64,000 bases of DNA from an uncultured Acidobacteriota bacterium (GTDB lineage Bacteria > Acidobacteriota > Vicinamibacteria > Vicinamibacterales > Fen-181). Numbering within the stretch: the first letter of the stretch is position 1; the number at the start of each line of letters is the position of its first letter. Below the pieces are notes generated by a model that was not told the origin of the DNA, did not search any database, and worked only from the letters and a program-made list of their open reading frames with translations. Made by a program: the position numbers and the translations under genes. The stretch covers positions 1,533,073 to 1,597,072 of the forward strand of contig CAVUTP010000014.1 in the NCBI GenBank assembly GCA_963744445.1. Reading direction: 5' to 3'. Shown here one piece after another: positions 62,516 through 64,000 of the stretch.

Positions 62516-63223
62516 TCAGGCGGGACTGGGTTCGCCGTCGATTGTCGACAGCCGGGCGATGAATGCGGCGAGCGCGTCCCTCGCCGCCTCTGTCAACTCG
62601 ACGAACTCGATGCCGATGTGGTAGCGTCCCGCGCCGTCGTCGCCCTTCGGCTGGCACGACACAATCCGCCCGAGGAAGTCGATGCGCCGGCCGTCGTGAA
62701 GGGACAGGACCATCGGGACCTTGCTCTCGCTCTCCACCGCTTCGGCGCTCTCGATCAACATGCCGCTCAGGGAGATGGTCCTGGCTTTGTAGTCGGCCGG
62801 GAAGTTCAGGAGCGCGAGCCCTGCCCCCCCCGTGCGGAACCTCGCGTGCCCCCTGCGGTCGCCCTCTCTCGTCGCTTCCTGGTCGCTGATGGTCTGGACA
62901 AAACTCCGGAGGTCCGACGCGGTCCCCGGCGACAGGTCGATGAACTTCATCCCGGCCGTGTAGAGAGGGACTGTCTCTCCCGCGGCGGACCTCTTCGTCC
63001 CGCTCAGCCTGGCCCACGCCACCTCGCAGGTGACCGAGAGGAGCTTCTTGTCGACTTCGAGCTTGAGCGTGTACCTGCCGCCGATGTTCAACCGCTTGTC
63101 GGCCGTGACCGAGACCCCGCCCATCCCGATGTCGAGGACGGACACCCCGGAGGCAAACGTCATCTGGCCTTTCAGCTCCCTGGAGCCCAGACGGAATCTC
63201 TGGTGACGCCGTGTGTAGATCAC
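62516..63223 (-). CDS. Tandem PilZ-domain protein (putative c-di-GMP receptor)
   Basis: PilZ motifs RRHQRF..(D)xSxGG (LDIGMGGVSV) in domain 1, and RGHARF..LSLSGMLIES in domain 2. Confidence 0.65.
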   Translation of the reverse strand: MIYTRRHQRFRLGSRELKGQMTFASGVSVLDIGMGGVSVTADKRLNIGGRYTLKLEVDKKLLSVTCEVAWARLSGTKRSAAGETVPLYTAGMKFIDLSPGTASDLRSFVQTISDQEATREGDRRGHARFRTGGAGLALLNFPADYKARTISLSGMLIESAEAVESESKVPMVLSLHDGRRIDFLGRIVSCQPKGDDGAGRYHIGIEFVELTEAARDALAAFIARLSTIDGEPSPA

Positions 63224-63538
63224 CGCGGTCCCCCGGGTAGGTCGTTGCCGTCGCGAGCGCCGCGTCCTGGCCGTCTGCGATTCTAGCAGGGGTTGAGGCC
63301 GCCGTCAGACCCCGGGCCCTTTCGCTCGCGCCACCGGCGGCGGATCGGGCCGCGATCTCGCCACCTCCCCAAGCTGCCCGCCGCCGCCGCGTAGCCAGGC
63401 CAGTTCGCCTGTCGTCTCTATCGGTCAGATGCCCGAAAGCGCAACGTCTTCTGCCGAGCGGTCATCCGGCGCTTCAGCTTGCGTGCCCGTGGCCCGCTCG
63501 CGAGAATGGGGGACGGGCAAGCGAATCAGGAGGTTGAG

Positions 63539-64000
63539 ATGGCGAAAGCGAAGAGTGCGATCCCCGAGGGGCATTACACCGTCACGCCGGCGCTCACCCT
63601 TGACGATGCGGTGAAGGCGATCGACTGGTACAAGAAGGCGCTGGGTGCCGAGGAGTTGGGGCGCGCCGTCGGGCCGGACGGCAAGATCATGCACGCGGAG
63701 TTGAAGATCGGGAACTCGCGCATCATGGTCAACGACGCGATGATGGGGTTCAAGGGCCCGATGGCGATGGGCGGGTCGCCCGCGTCGCTGTGGCTCTACG
63801 TGGAGGACTGCGACACGCTATTCAACCGCGCGGTTGGGGCCGGTGGGAAGGTCTTACCCGGAATGGGCGAGATGGTCGACCAGTTCTGGGGCGACCGCTC
63901 CGGCACGTTCACCGATCCCTTCGGCTACCGGTGGACGATTGCGACGCACAAGGAGGACCTCACGCCAGACGAGCTGAAGACGCGGCAGGATGCGTTCATG
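63539..64000 (+). CDS. VOC-family (glyoxalase/PhnB-like) protein, 3' partial at the window edge
   Basis: RBS AGGAGG, then MAKAKSAIPEGHYTVTPALTL..MHAELKIGNSRIMVNDA..QFWGDRSGTFTDPFGYRWTI, which is typical of PhnB-like VOC proteins. Confidence 0.7.
   Translation, partial: MAKAKSAIPEGHYTVTPALTLDDAVKAIDWYKKALGAEELGRAVGPDGKIMHAELKIGNSRIMVNDAMMGFKGPMAMGGSPASLWLYVEDCDTLFNRAVGAGGKVLPGMGEMVDQFWGDRSGTFTDPFGYRWTIATHKEDLTPDELKTRQDAFM

Overview
The window is a 64 kb chromosomal segment at about 70% GC. It most likely comes from an Acidobacteria genome. Three families that are close to lineage-restricted support this (established knowledge of their distribution): two ADOP duplicated orphan FtsX-type permeases, one directly behind a PadR regulator; a VWFA-related Acidobacterial-domain protein; and a C-terminal fragment of an Acidobacteria-type TonB-receptor-like outer-membrane protein. 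I call about 50 protein-coding genes. They include housekeeping and metabolic genes (TrmH-family methyltransferase, class V aminotransferase, ferritin, Tex, tungstate ABC transporter tupABC, thiolase, gamma-glutamyltranspeptidase, agmatinase, aldo/keto reductase, histone-deacetylase-family protein, methyltransferase, rhodanese). There is a cluster of secreted peptidases (M28 twice, an M1/M61-like gluzincin and a degraded M14). Signalling genes include a NarL-type two-component pair, a hybrid histidine kinase, a Ser/Thr kinase fused to a TPR domain, and a tandem-PilZ protein. There is an NfeD-flotillin operon with a near-consensus sigma70 promoter. The most interesting locus is a translationally coupled ECF sigma, anti-sigma and caspase-like (peptidase C14) protein with a C-terminal outer-membrane beta-barrel. 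I found no rRNA, tRNA, CRISPR array, transposase or integrase. Two sequence-level features stand out. About 20 genes carry apparent frameshifts, which looks like systematic indel error or widespread pseudogenisation. The intergenic regions are packed with structured repeats: a dispersed REP/MITE-like hairpin element of about 70 bp at six or more loci, many tandem arrays with a 7-bp period that recur in related form at different loci, and a 240 bp duplicated composite hairpin. CDS boundaries follow the supplied ORF track. Internal start sites were placed by codon counting from those coordinates, and repeat coordinates are accurate to about 2 nt.
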